The position numbers and the translations under genes are program-made. Of a stretch of DNA of 64,000 nucleotides, positions 11,501 to 22,597 are shown one piece after another. The stretch's first letter is position 1. The number at the start of each line of letters is the position of its first letter. The stretch comes from the human T2T-CHM13v2.0 reference genome, Homo sapiens: NCBI RefSeq assembly GCF_009914755.1, contig NC_060939.1. One strand, given 5' to 3'. The notes under the pieces are model-generated. The model saw nothing but the letters and a program-made list of their open reading frames with translations. It had not been told where the DNA came from and ran no database searches.

Positions 11501-14500
11501 GTGTGCAGGAGGGGCTGCTCTGTGGGTCTATGCATTCGTGTGAATGCAAGGGTGAGAGTGTCGCGTGTAAGTGTTCCAATGTAACAGCTATTTATCTGGT
11601 GTATATTGATGGTTTGTGCTTGTATGGGTGCCTGTGAAAAGGTTTTGTGTGGACCCGAATTGCTGCCTGGCTTTGTGGGAGAATATGTGAGGCTGTACAT
11701 ACGTGAGCTCCTCCGTGTGCCCACTTGTGCTTGCCTGCACACAAGGGGCATTGTGTGTGTGAGCATAGAGGTGTGCATACTCATCCTAAAGAACAAGCCT
11801 TGGCCTCTGTCTCCTCTGTTCCCACACCTCAAATCTTTCCTCCTTAGATTCTGAGATGTGTCCCTCTCATGCTCAAGCACCCACCATAGCTCCCCATTGC
11901 CTGGGTGGTGTGCTACAGAACACCCTGCCTCAGCTTCCCTAACCACCCACACTCATCCTACACTCCACATGAGCAGCAAGAGCCAGAAGGAGGGGGCAAT
12001 TCTGTCTCTGGCATAGGGGAGTCTTCAAGGGCAAGGAGGGAATATTCAAAGCAGATTTTCCTCGTCCTAAGCCAGGGAACTGGAGCTGAGGGCCTGGGGA
12101 CACCTGCAAAGCTGGTGCCTGCCTTTCATCTCCTCTCTCTACATGAATGGTTACTATCCCTTCGCCCCCGCTGCCTGTGGGACACTAGGCTCCATGGCTT
12201 CAGGGTGCTCCTGGGGTGTGGTCCTTGTCTTCCCGTAAAAGTGTTTGGAGAGCTTTCTATTGTGGGGGTTGGGCTGGAGGTCAGCTGGAGGGCACAGCTG
12301 GGACCTGGGAACCCATCACAGGCTGTCCTGGCCCCTGCAGCTTTTTGCCTCCACACAGAACAATTCCCCATCTACCCCACACTTCCAGCAGTCCCTCCTG
12401 CCTCTGGATGACCCTGGGAGCCCGTCAACCTTCCAGCGTCCCTGTCCCTTCCAGCTGCCCTGCAGGAGAAAGGGAACAACTGTCCTCCTGGCTCCTGGCC
12501 AGCCAGGTGCCAGCCAGTGGTCAGGCAGTCCTGCTTCACGCTTCTGGCCGCAGGGCTTTGCCACAGTCCCTACTTCCCAGCTAGGGGCTCTGCCTGGACT
12601 CACCATGGGCAGAGGACCTTGTTATTCCCCAGAGACCGTCTTGTCTGGTTGGGATCTCAGAGCCCGTTGTACCCAACTCTGGCTGTACAGAGAGGGAAAG
12701 TGAGGCAGAGGGGCGAGGACTCCCCCCAGGTGGTCGACGATGGCAGGCTGCCTGAGAAGGACACAGGAAGACTCCAGAAAGGTGACCTCTGGGTGGAGGG
12801 GAGTGACTGTTCTGATGGCAAGGATCCTGGGGCTTTGGACATCCTGGCTCTGGACTGAGCTGCGCTTGGGAAATGGGCAAGAGGTGGTCCTGGGGTGGCC
12901 AGGGTGGGGCAGGCGGATGGGTCAGCAGACCCCTTGCTCTGTTCCAGGAGACTGCATGGCGTGGAGGGAGGGATTTATGGGCCCAGGTATAGGGCTGGGC
13001 CATAAAGGTCATTCTGCTAGAGAGGCTGTGACTCCGCCTCACTTTGGCAGTGGCGTGGGGGCAGGGAAGTCAGATAGGGGACACCACTGAGGCCTGGGGT
13101 GAACCCTGAAGCTGGAAGAATGTGAGATACCTAGTGTAGGCTTCTCCTAGGCCCTTGGGAGGGGTCAGTCCAGAGATGCTCAGGGTCTTATACAAGGTCA
13201 CACCACCTCCTGGCACAGGGCTGTGGACAGAGCCCAGGAAAACAGATGCCTTAAAAGCTTCCCCCAGCCCCAGCTCTGGGTGCTGCGGAGGGGCAGCTGC
13301 ATACCTCCTCCCATCCAGGTCTGCTCCCTGCGCCCTTGGAGTGTCCTGCAAGAGGTCTGGCAGTCAACGGGGGAACGAGGCTTTCCCGAGCCGGCTCTCT
13401 CCTCTTTACGACACCATATTTTTTAATGAGCTATGTAAATGTCTGCAAGTCAGACAGCAAAGGCAGGAAGTCAGAGCCTCCAGCTGCCGCCCCCGCCCCT
13501 GGGAATGGGTGTCCCCCTGGGGCCAGTCTGACCTTGTGTTTCCCATAGGAAGGTTTTCTGGATGCCATGGAAATGGCCACCTCCCAATTCAGCTGAGTCA
13601 GAACTGGTGCTATTGCCGACTGACTTGTTTTGTGACCTTAGGCCTGTCACAAAATGCTGTACCTCAGTTTCCCCTCACTGTACCTCAGTTTCCTCATTTA
13701 CAGAATGTGCGCACACAAAGGGCATTTTGTGGTTTCTGAGGCTCCATGGCTTAGCCATGCAACTTGGGCAGTGGCTGGGCCTCTCTGAGGTTTGTGGTTC
13801 TCATCAGCAGAACAGGGAGCCGGCCATGCTGACCGCTGCCTTTGGGCTGAGCTTGGACCGCAGGAACCAGGAGGGATGCATCACGGGCAGGGCCCGCCTA
13901 TCCTCTCTCTTGCCTGGCTTTCTCTTTCTTCTGCCTCCAGCTTCCTCCTCCTCTGTTCCTCCGGAACATCCTGCCACCCCAGCCACAGGATTGGCTGTCT
14001 ACGTGGCTGTGTCACAGTCCAGACCGGGAGTGAGGGGGCGTAGGCAGTGGGTGTACAGGGAGAGCCAGACCTTGGGTCCCTGCTGGGGTCACATATAGGG
14101 CATGGAGAGGCCTCCTGGGTTGGCCTGAAGGCTGGGGTAGGAAGGAGCTGGGGCCGAGCACTGGGGCATCCCTCAGTCTCCGTGGCCCCTTCTCAGACAC
14201 CAGCACTGTCACTTGGCAGGATGACAGGGCCTGGGCTGGGGCCACAGGACGAGCCATAATAGGCTTAAGGGGAGACTGTAAATCCCTTTCCAGGCTGAGC
14301 AATCAGCTCCTTCAGGCAGGCAGAGGCTGGAGCTCCCGGGGGAGGGCCCTGTACTCCTAGGGATGTGTCATGTGGTTGCTGTTCTTAGACTCCTGCCCCA
14401 TGGTCCCTAGTGGCCCAGCAGGGACCAGGCCAGGCCTAGCGTGCCAGTCCCTCAGAGCAGGCTGCGGGGCCTGGGTCTCAGGGCCCCACAGGGATGCCAG

Positions 14501-14719
14501 GTGGGTTGGGGGCCAGGATGGGGGAATTGACTGGCAGAAGCTTAGAGCACGCCCCCGCCACCATGTGCTCACCCATCCAGGCCACAGCACACCCTCCTCC
14601 CCCAACTTCCACAAAGAAAGGAGGCCGTGCCTGCTTCACAGATGAGAAGCCTGAGTCTGGAGTGGTTCGGGCCCAATGTGGGGCTTTGTTTCAGGGAAGT
14701 ATTGATGCCCTAAGTGTGA

Positions 14720-14900
14720 ATCCTGACGTCAGCACCTAGCTGGTGGTGGGCCGCAGATAGTCACTTCTCAGTATTCTCATCTGAAAGGGAGCCTGTAAGC
14801 CCCTCCTCCTGGGATGATGAAATAAGAGAAGGCACATAGAGCATCTGGCCTGGGGCCTGGCACAAACCCTCAATGAACAGTAGCTATTGTGATTATTGCC
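14720..14900 (+). mobile_element. MIR
   Basis: CTCAGTATTCTCATCTGAAAG...GGCCTGGCACA...CTCAATGAACAGTAGCTATT. Confidence 0.6.
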
Positions 14901-15134
14901 ATACTTCCCCCGTACCCTCACTATGGAAAGGGACTCAGACTGCACAGCAAACTTGGGTTCAGGTCCTGGCTTTTTCCTTACCAGCTGTAGATCACTGGGA
15001 CAGTCACCATCTCTCTCTAAGCCCCCTACTCCTGAGCAAACCATACAGGGCTGTGCACCTGTGAGTGGTTCCTCAAAGGAATAAGGCACCACAGAGGTCC
15101 CTGTGACTTCCAGGGACTTCCAAGGTGATTTCCA

Positions 15135-15632
15135 AAGGTGGCCGTGACAACTCTCACACCCTGAGTGCCCTTTTGCGTGTGACTGCAGCTTGTCCTAGTG
15201 AGAGCTGGGCTCTGTCCTCCCTCTCGTTGAATCTAGGGGGATCTGAGACTGCCTTGGCCAATAGAATGCAGCCAATGTGGTGCTATGCGTCTGCCTGGCC
15301 TCGGCCTTGAGAGACCTGGGAGCTTCCATTTATGTCATCTTGGAGTGCTGAGTTACCTTAAAGAAGTCTAAAACTCAGAGAGACCATGTGGAAAGAGAGG
15401 AGCCAGCGGCCCTGCAGTCCTTCCAGCCTCCCAGCTGAGGCAACAGACATGGTCAGAAGCCATCTAGGACCTTCAGCGGCAGTGAAGTCTCCCCAGTCGA
15501 TGCCACACAGAACTGAGATGAGCTGTTCTCACCAAGCTCTGCCCAAGTTCCAGAGCTAGGAACAAATAAACAGTTGTTTTAAACCACGAAGTTGTGGGCG
15601 TGGTCGTTATGCAGAAATAGATAACTGATCCA
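15135..15632 (+). mobile_element. MaLR solo LTR (MLT1 family)
   Basis: TTGGCCAATAGAATG...GGCCTTGAGAGACCTGG... and the 3' end TTGTTTTAAACCAC...GTTATGCAGAAATAGATAACTGA. Confidence 0.75.
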
Positions 15633-17607
15633 ATCCTTCATGCCTTCTGCACCATCTTCACCCCAACTTGGCTTGTGCAAGGTTGAGCTCCTTGGCCCCA
15701 GCTGACTGGACAAGGGGATGGGCACCTGACTTCAAGGCAGCCAACCGATTGGCTGGTGAGTGACCATTCAGCCTTTTTTTTTCTCTGGAGACTAGGAATG
15801 AAGAAATCAAAGGCCTTAGCCAGACTACAAAGGAGGCTGGAGCTTGGGGTTTTTGAATGGGAGCTGGGGCGGGGATGAGTGGGTGACTTTCAGTCCTGTA
15901 CAGGCTGTCATGTCATCAGAGGGCACCAAGTTGGGGAAAGAAGCAGGAAAGGTGATATGGAAGCAGGTTCTCTGAGGGTTCCATAAATCACTTAGCTCCA
16001 AGTGGGCTGTGCTCCCTGTTCCTTGTACCTCATGAACCCTGACTTCAGGCCCTAAAATACTCAAGGGCCCTTGGCCAGCTGGTGGCAGAACTTCCCCAGG
16101 GGCTCCTGATACCAGCCAGGGGTCTACACTCCTCCTCTTACCCCTTCTCCCTTGCTCTCTGTGACATATTCCCCTGTCTCCTTGTCCTCCAGGGCCCCAG
16201 GGCACAGCCACTCTCTCTCCTGGGCAAACAGGGCTCATGAGCTGGAGTCTGCTTCTATCCTCTCCACACAGCCCTGAGGCCTCCAGTGGCAAAGCAGAGG
16301 GTATGGCCAGGTTTGGTTTCTACCCCAACCCATTTGCCATCCCTGTTGTGTCCCGCACAGTCCCTTACCCTACCAGTTCTTGAGTTCAGCTACCACTCCC
16401 TTGCTTGCCCATAAAGATGTCATGCTAGTAACAGTGGTCATTAGTGTACCCAACAGGTGCCACACCCTGTGTAGGTGGGTACTTTACAACACTGTCTTCG
16501 ATCTTCCCAGACACCCTGTAAACATAGGAGTTAACCCTATTCTGCCTGTGGGACTCAATGGTGGAGGTGGGATTTGAACCAAGGTCAGCCTGACTCCAAA
16601 GCTCACGTTCCATCTACCACTCTGCTGTATGACTCTAGGCAGGTTACTTTCCCTCTCTGAGCCTTGTATTCTGACTTGTGAGGGGTAAACCAGGGAAGGG
16701 TCCTGGTGCTCACTGCTCCCTCTAATACTCATCTTCCTGGTGCCACCCTCGGGTGGGTCCACTTGAATGTCGACGGTGGGTTCCCAGTCTCAGCATCCTT
16801 TCTGGTTCCGGCATGTCTGCCTCATAGAGGAGCAGGCCTGGAGGCTGTGCTGCTTTCAGTCTCCTGGAAAGCAGGCTGGACTCTCAGGATTCAATATCTT
16901 GCCTTTTCCCCAACAGCTTCTTCCAACCTCATCCCCTTGGCCCCAGATTAAAAGGTGAGCAGAGCAGCGGGCTCCCAATAGGGTTTGAGGCAGCAGGGCA
17001 TCCTGACTCCAACACCCCATGGGGTCTGAGGCAGAGCAGGGCCATCAGGGCTCTGGGGGAATGTGGGTGGCCCAGGAAGGCTCTGACCCTTCAAACCACC
17101 TCTGGGCTCAGGTTCCAGCTGTGTGTGTGCCAGGGCAAGGCAGTATCTGCTCCTCCTTTCCCCGTCTCAGAGGCTGTCCAGGCATGAAGAAAGCAGCCTC
17201 TCCAGCCTGGCTTCCCAGACGATGCCCTTTAAATCCAGCAGTGCTTTTAGCAGCAGTTGAGTTCACGACCCTCTTCCACAGAAGAAGGTTACACAGCTCT
17301 GAAGGGGCTGCACCTGGACTAAAACCCACCTGGGCTCTGCCCAGTCCCCAGTCCTCTCTGCTTGGGCAAACCCAGTCCATGGGTCCTGGGCACTCACATT
17401 CCCCCAAACTGATCCTGCCCCCATCTGAAAATAACCTAGTAATTTTCTCATGTTCTTGAGTTTCCTCAGGGGGCCGTTCTCTCCCAGTAGCCAGGAATAA
17501 ATTGGCCCCTTGACCTCCCTGCTCTTACCAGCCTTGAGGCATCCCAGAGGGGTTAGTAAGAACCCATATAAGCTGCCTCCTGCAGAGGACGGTGCCAACT
17601 GGGCTTC

Positions 17608-17773
17608 CAGGGCTGGGACGATGGAGGGGGCCCATGCACCAGTCTCTCCTGGGAGGAGGGGCAGGGCTGGGACGATGGAGGGGGCCCGTGCGCCGGTCTC
17701 TCCTGGGAGGAGGGGCAGGGCTGGGACGATGGAGGGGGCCCGTGTGTCGGTCTCTCCTGGGAGGAGGGGCAGG
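17608..17773. repeat. Minisatellite, 54-bp unit, ~3 copies
   Basis: Unit CAGGGCTGGGACGATGGAGGGGGCCCRTGYRYCRGTCTCTCCTGGGAGGAGGGG; the ORF track shows an 18-aa period. Confidence 0.95.
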
Positions 17774-19689
17774 CTTGTGGGGTTTTTGAAGACTCACTTG
17801 GCCTCCTGTTGTATACAGACCCAAGGACCCCTCCCCCTGTCCCTCGTGCTCCTCTGAATGCTCTCCTGCCCAGAAGTGGCTCTGAGAAGCCTTGAGTCAG
17901 TTTTAGAAGTCTGTGGCTCTGAGAGTCTGGAACCAGGCCCCAGATGGGTCACTTAGAAGCTGTGCGATTTAGGATAAGCTGCCACCCTCTCTGGCCCTCC
18001 CCCTCTGCATCTGTGTAAGAGTGGGGTCATCACCACTGCCAGTTGTAGAGGACTGACTGAATGGCAGGCACTGCACCAATCCACAAGCCAACCCACGTGC
18101 CTTCATTTCATCCTCCTGATGACCAGAACAAGTAATATCGTCTGTTTTACAGGCGAGAAGTCTGGGGCTCAGAGGAGTTAAGTAACAATGCCGAGCAGCT
18201 GGTAAGTGCTGGAAATGGAACTCAAACTCAGACCTGACCTCAAACCTTACAGCCTTATAATCACAAGTCTAGGCTGCCCACAGGGACCCTCAACCGTTGC
18301 ACACCAATAGTCCTGGACTCAGGATCCTATGGGGAGAGGATCCTGTTTCTTCTCAGGGGATAAAGCCTGAGAAAGGGGATAGTTCAGAAGGCTTGAGCCT
18401 CCCCCAGAACCAGGGACAGCCTTAGGTGGTGGTTGGGAGATGGGGGAGAGGGCAGGCTGGCCCAGCTACGGCTACCAACTGCTTCAGCTGGAACCAGGAG
18501 GCAAGCAGCCTCTCAGAGATGCCTTTAGATTGAATGAATGAATAAGTGATCGAGTGCCAACTCCATACAAGACTCCGCCCACCACGCCATCCCACCAGAG
18601 GCTTGGTTTAGAAGGTGCTAGGCATGTAGCTGTGCCAGTTTGGGTGGGGGCGTGGGCCCTGGGAAGAACCCTGGTGGGAGGAGCTGCATCCCGGAAGTCT
18701 CCTGCTGTGAGGGCTGACTTCCCTATTGCTCCCCCTCCACGTTCAGCTGGGTCTGTGCCCATTGATTCTAGCATCGCTGGAGTTCTCCCCTAGCAGGAAG
18801 AATGAGCAACAGGATCGCCCTGGGTCCACTATGGGGCTGGACCCAAGGAGTTCCCAAGGAAAGAGGGAACCTGGAAGGGAGAAACCAGGCCTCCCTGACC
18901 CTGAAGCCCCTCCTTCCTGACAGAGATTGGGGGTGGTCTGCTGGCTGACCTACTGGCCCAGCTTTTTGGGTCAAGGTCCATGGCCGATGGGAAACTTACA
19001 AGGTGACTGCCTGGCTCTTCACACTGTGTTGTCAGGGGCATCCCTCTCCAGGGTCAAGTTTGGAGCTGCTGGATTTGGTTTGAATGGGCACGGCTGGAAG
19101 CAACGGGTGGGGGGTCTGTTTTCTGAGCCTCCGGGTCTGCTCATGTGCAGGTGGATCCCAGCCCCAAACACAGAAGCCCTAACAGCCCAGGACAGGCTCA
19201 GAGCATGGCCTGGTGGAAGATGGGACCAGACTGGGCCTGGGAAGCCTCAAGGGCAGCCCCAGAACTGCTTCTCCCAGTCCCCACAGCCTGGGCACTCTGC
19301 ATGGGAAATGGCATACAGTAGGTGCTTGATAAATGCTGTGCAAAGAAGGCTTGGGGAGAGCTGATGCTCCCAATCCTTACATCAGTCTAGGCCAATGCTG
19401 TAGGGGGCCTCCAGCTTCTGGGGAGCTAAGCCTTGAGCCCTGTAGAGCTGTTACCATCAGGCCTGGCAGTCAGACCCACCATCAGACCAGAGGTGAGGGA
19501 CTCTCTATGCCCGTAGCCTCAGGATCCCCTTCAGGTCTACAGCCCCCTTCTCCAGCCAGTGCTGCCAGCCACAGCCCCAGCCGCTGTCCTAGGAGGAGCC
19601 TCTGGAAGTCCCTGGAGCAGCACTCCCCCTGACACCCCCCCAGGCCTACCCCCATGGAGGGCCCCTCGGCAGCCCCATCCCCCACAGTG

Positions 19690-19915
19690 AGATAATAATG
19701 ACCATAATGAGAACAGTCACCCACACGTGTGCACAGCGCTTTACAGGTTACAAAGTGTTTCACATACATCATCTCATCAATTCCTCACAACAGCCCTGTG
19801 AGGTAGGCAGGGCAGGGGGTAATGTTCCCATTTGTACAGATGTGGAGACTGAGGCCCAGAGAGGCCAGTGACCTGCTTGAGGCCACACAGCAAGTGAGCA
19901 GCAGAGCTGGGACCA
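19690..19915 (-). mobile_element. MIR just downstream of, or within, the distal LINGO1 3' UTR
   Basis: CCTCACAACAGCCCTGTGAGGTAGG...CCCATTTGTACAGATGTGGAGACTGAGGCCCAGAGAGG. Confidence 0.8.
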
Positions 19916-20381
19916 GAGGCTGGGGTGGGCCCCACCTCCAGCCCCTGGCTCTCTCCACTGACTGTGCTGTCCCCCAGGAGGACCCCAGCCTCTGTCCAGA
20001 GTCTCAGCCACACCCGAGCCAGGCTCCCACCCCTTGCAGTGGTGCCGCCTGGCAGCCCAGCAGACAGGCTCCCACCCCCATCGGCAGACCTGTCCCCTCC
20101 ACCTGCGCCCTGCAAAAAGCCAGCCCGGAGCTGGGCCCAGGCCTGCCCCCTAGCCTGCTCCTGATGGTGCCTGGGGCGGGGTGGGCAGGTGGGTGGGGCT
20201 GGAACCTCCTTTCCTGTTTTCCTGAGTGATCCCTCCCCACTGGGGAAGAGAAGAGAAAGGAGGAAGAAGAGGAGGAGGAGGAAGAGAAAAACAAGAAACT
20301 GAGTTGGAAGAGGGCCCTGGAGCAATCAGGACGTCAAAAGTTTGCATTCCGACTAGCTATAGGAAATAGTTTTTTTCTCTT

Positions 20382-20458
20382 TTTATTATTTCAAGTTTTC
20401 ATAAAAATCCATAATTATTGAAACCCAAGTTACAGAGAAAGTTCGTAACTTTTTTATT
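20382..20458 (-). terminator. Two AATAAA polyadenylation hexamers in the LINGO1 3' UTR
   Basis: TTTATT on the plus strand at 20453-20458 and 20382-20387, about 280 and 350 nt after the stop, in an AT-rich island. A longer 3' UTR is not excluded. Confidence 0.6.
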
Positions 20459-20689
20459 GAATTATTGACTCTGCCGCGTGTCGGTTCGTCGGCTTTCAAC
20501 TCCAGTCTGTCAATGCCCCTGTGTAGGTGGGGTCCCCAGGTCTGGGCTTCTGAGGTCCCGGTAGAAGGAGGGCAGGTGGTGAGGGCTGGCGGGGGGCAGC
20601 AGGGGACGGAGGCGGGAGGGAGAAAGAGAACGTGTGTAGAAGGGTAGGGAGGAGGTGGGAAGGACTGGAGAGTGAGCAGGTGGCGGCCA

Positions 20690-22580
20690 GGCCCCTTCCC
20701 CTGCCCGGCCGCCCGGGGGTCCCTGCCCCCCGCCCCGGCCTCATATCATCTTCATGTTGAACTTGCGGGGCGCGTCGGCGGAGCTGATGCCTGCGTCCGA
20801 CTTTCGGGGCACATACTCGATCTCGATGTTGTGCTTTGTGTTGCCCTTGCCCCGGCTCCAGAGAAACAGCAGCACCAGGCAGAAGAGGACGACGCCCAGG
20901 AAAGAGATGAAGCCCATGGTGGTGGCGATGATGAGGGTCTTGATGTCGAAGGGGAAAGGCACAGTGGCGCGGGTGCTGTTGGCCTCTCCCTCGCCCGGCT
21001 GGTTGGAGATGAAAGCGAAGGTCTTGTTGGGCTGATGGGGCCAGTCGGGCGAGTAGCTGCGCACATGCAGGTGGGCGGGCATGGAGTCGTTGCCGCCCGC
21101 GTTGGCCGCGATGCACAGGTACGTGCCGTTGTCCTGTACCTGGGCGTAGCGCACCTCCAGCGTGCCATCAGGGAAGACTGTGAGCCGCCCATTGCTCTTG
21201 GCTGAGACCAGGTGCTTTCGGGGTGAGAGCCAGAGGATGGCGGGCGGCGGGTCGCCATCGGCCCGGCACACAAACTGCACCGTGTGGCCCTCGTCCACAA
21301 ACACCTGCTGGGCCTTGCGGTCCCGGATGCGGGCGCGGCGGCAGGTGAAGTAGTTGGGCAGTAGCACATCAGGGAAGTCCTTGAACTCCTTGCCCTGGAC
21401 AAACTCGGGCGTGGCGCACGTGGGCTGCTGCCGGTTGAAGTTGAGCCGCCAGCGGCGCCGGAACACCCACAGGAGCCGACAGTCGCAGGCCAGCGGGTTG
21501 GAGTCCAGGATGAGTGTCTCCAGGTTGCCCACCGAGTGGAAGACTGATTCCTCCAGTGTGGTCAGCTGGTTGCCAGAGACATTGAGCACGCGCAGGTAGT
21601 TGAGGCCGCGGAAGGCATAGGGCTCCACCACGGCCAGCTGCCCGCCCACCAGCTGGATCTCCTGCAGCCGGAGCAGCTCATGCAACATGGAGCCCTCAAT
21701 GGTGCTGATGGGGTTGTAGGAGAGGTTGAGGAAGCGGAGATAGACTAGGTGGCGGACGGCCAGGTAGGGCACAGCGGTCAGATTGCAGTGTGTGATGGAC
21801 AGGGACGTCAGGTTGAGGCCGTAGAGGCAGTTGGGTGTCATGGTGTCCAAGTAGGGCCAGTGGGAGATCTCCAAGACCTTGAGTCGGTAGAGCCTCTTGA
21901 AGGAGTAGTCCCGGATGGCATTGATGTTGAGGTGCCGGAGCCTCAGGACGATGAGGCCGTGCAGGTGGGACAGCGCCTCGGTGGGGATGGAGGTCAGGTT
22001 GCATTTCTCCAGCGTCAGCTGCTCCAGGCTGTTGAGGCCGCTGAAGGCGCGGTGAGAGATGTAGACGAGGTCATTGTCGCCAACCTCCAGTGACTTGAGG
22101 TTGTACAGGTCCTGAAACATGTAGTCCAGCAGGATAACAATCTTGTTCTCGCTGATGTCCAGCTTGGTCAGGTTGCTGAGGCCAGTGAAGACGCCTAGCG
22201 GGATGAGCTTCAGGCGGTTGCTGCGGAGACCCAGCGTCCGGAGGTTGAAGAGGTTGTTGAAGGCGCCGGGCTCCACGGCGCTCACGATGTTCTCGTTGAG
22301 CTCCAGCTCCTCCAGGTGCGGGAAGCTGGCGAACTCGTCCTGGTTGAGCGTTTTGATGCGGTTCTTGCCTAGGTCCAGCAGGCGCGTCTCGGTGGGGATG
22401 CCCTCGGGGACTGCCACAAAGCGCTTGCGGTGGCACAGCACAGCGCGGTCCTGGGCGGAGCACTCGCAGCGGGGCGGGCAGCCCGTGGCCGAGCCTGACA
22501 GCACTGAGCCCAGCACCAGCAGGAGGATGGGCTGCCAGCAGGCCAGGAGGGGGCTGGGCATGCTCCTCACGCCCCCCGCC
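20690..22580. other. Intragenic CpG-rich region coinciding with the coding exon
   Basis: Abundant CpG and high GC3 throughout the exon compared with the CpG-depleted flanks. Confidence 0.7.
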
Positions 22581-22597
22581 AGCATCCTCTTGCTCAC
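20741..22597 (-). CDS. LINGO1: LINGO1 terminal coding exon (codons 3-620 plus stop): signal peptide, LRRNT, LRR array, LRRCT, Ig domain, TM helix, short cytoplasmic tail
   Basis: 618-codon ORF recognised as LINGO1 (CPPRCEC LRRNT; LxxLxLxxN repeats; NPLACDC LRRCT; Ig domain with DNGTYLC; [28 protein letters not shown]; tail ...EIEYVPRK...[10 protein letters not shown]). Preceded by a pyrimidine tract and CAG acceptor (AG at 22599-22598). The first codon is GTG (Val3), not a start. Internal ATGs at Met7 and Met15. Confidence 0.99.
   Translation of the reverse strand: MSKRMLAGGVRSMPSPLLACWQPILLLVLGSVLSGSATGCPPRCECSAQDRAVLCHRKRFVAVPEGIPTETRLLDLGKNRIKTLNQDEFASFPHLEELELNENIVSAVEPGAFNNLFNLRTLGLRSNRLKLIPLGVFTGLSNLTKLDISENKIVILLDYMFQDLYNLKSLEVGDNDLVYISHRAFSGLNSLEQLTLEKCNLTSIPTEALSHLHGLIVLRLRHLNINAIRDYSFKRLYRLKVLEISHWPYLDTMTPNCLYGLNLTSLSITHCNLTAVPYLAVRHLVYLRFLNLSYNPISTIEGSMLHELLRLQEIQLVGGQLAVVEPYAFRGLNYLRVLNVSGNQLTTLEESVFHSVGNLETLILDSNPLACDCRLLWVFRRRWRLNFNRQQPTCATPEFVQGKEFKDFPDVLLPNYFTCRRARIRDRKAQQVFVDEGHTVQFVCRADGDPPPAILWLSPRKHLVSAKSNGRLTVFPDGTLEVRYAQVQDNGTYLCIAANAGGNDSMPAHLHVRSYSPDWPHQPNKTFAFISNQPGEGEANSTRATVPFPFDIKTLIIATTMGFISFLGVVLFCLVLLFLWSRGKGNTKHNIEIEYVPRKSDAGISSADAPRKFNMKMI

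Noticed and set aside
17608-17773. CRISPR-like reading of the 54-bp repeat
   Set aside because: Units are contiguous with no unique spacers and no cas genes; it is a eukaryotic minisatellite.
18340-18380. Short hairpin TTCTCAGG...CCTGAGAA
   Set aside because: An 8-bp stem is expected by chance in 64 kb and is too short for a pre-miRNA.
22595-22597. ORF-track start 'M' at 22597
   Set aside because: The codon is GTG (Val3) directly after the splice acceptor; the real start is in exon 1 or at Met7.
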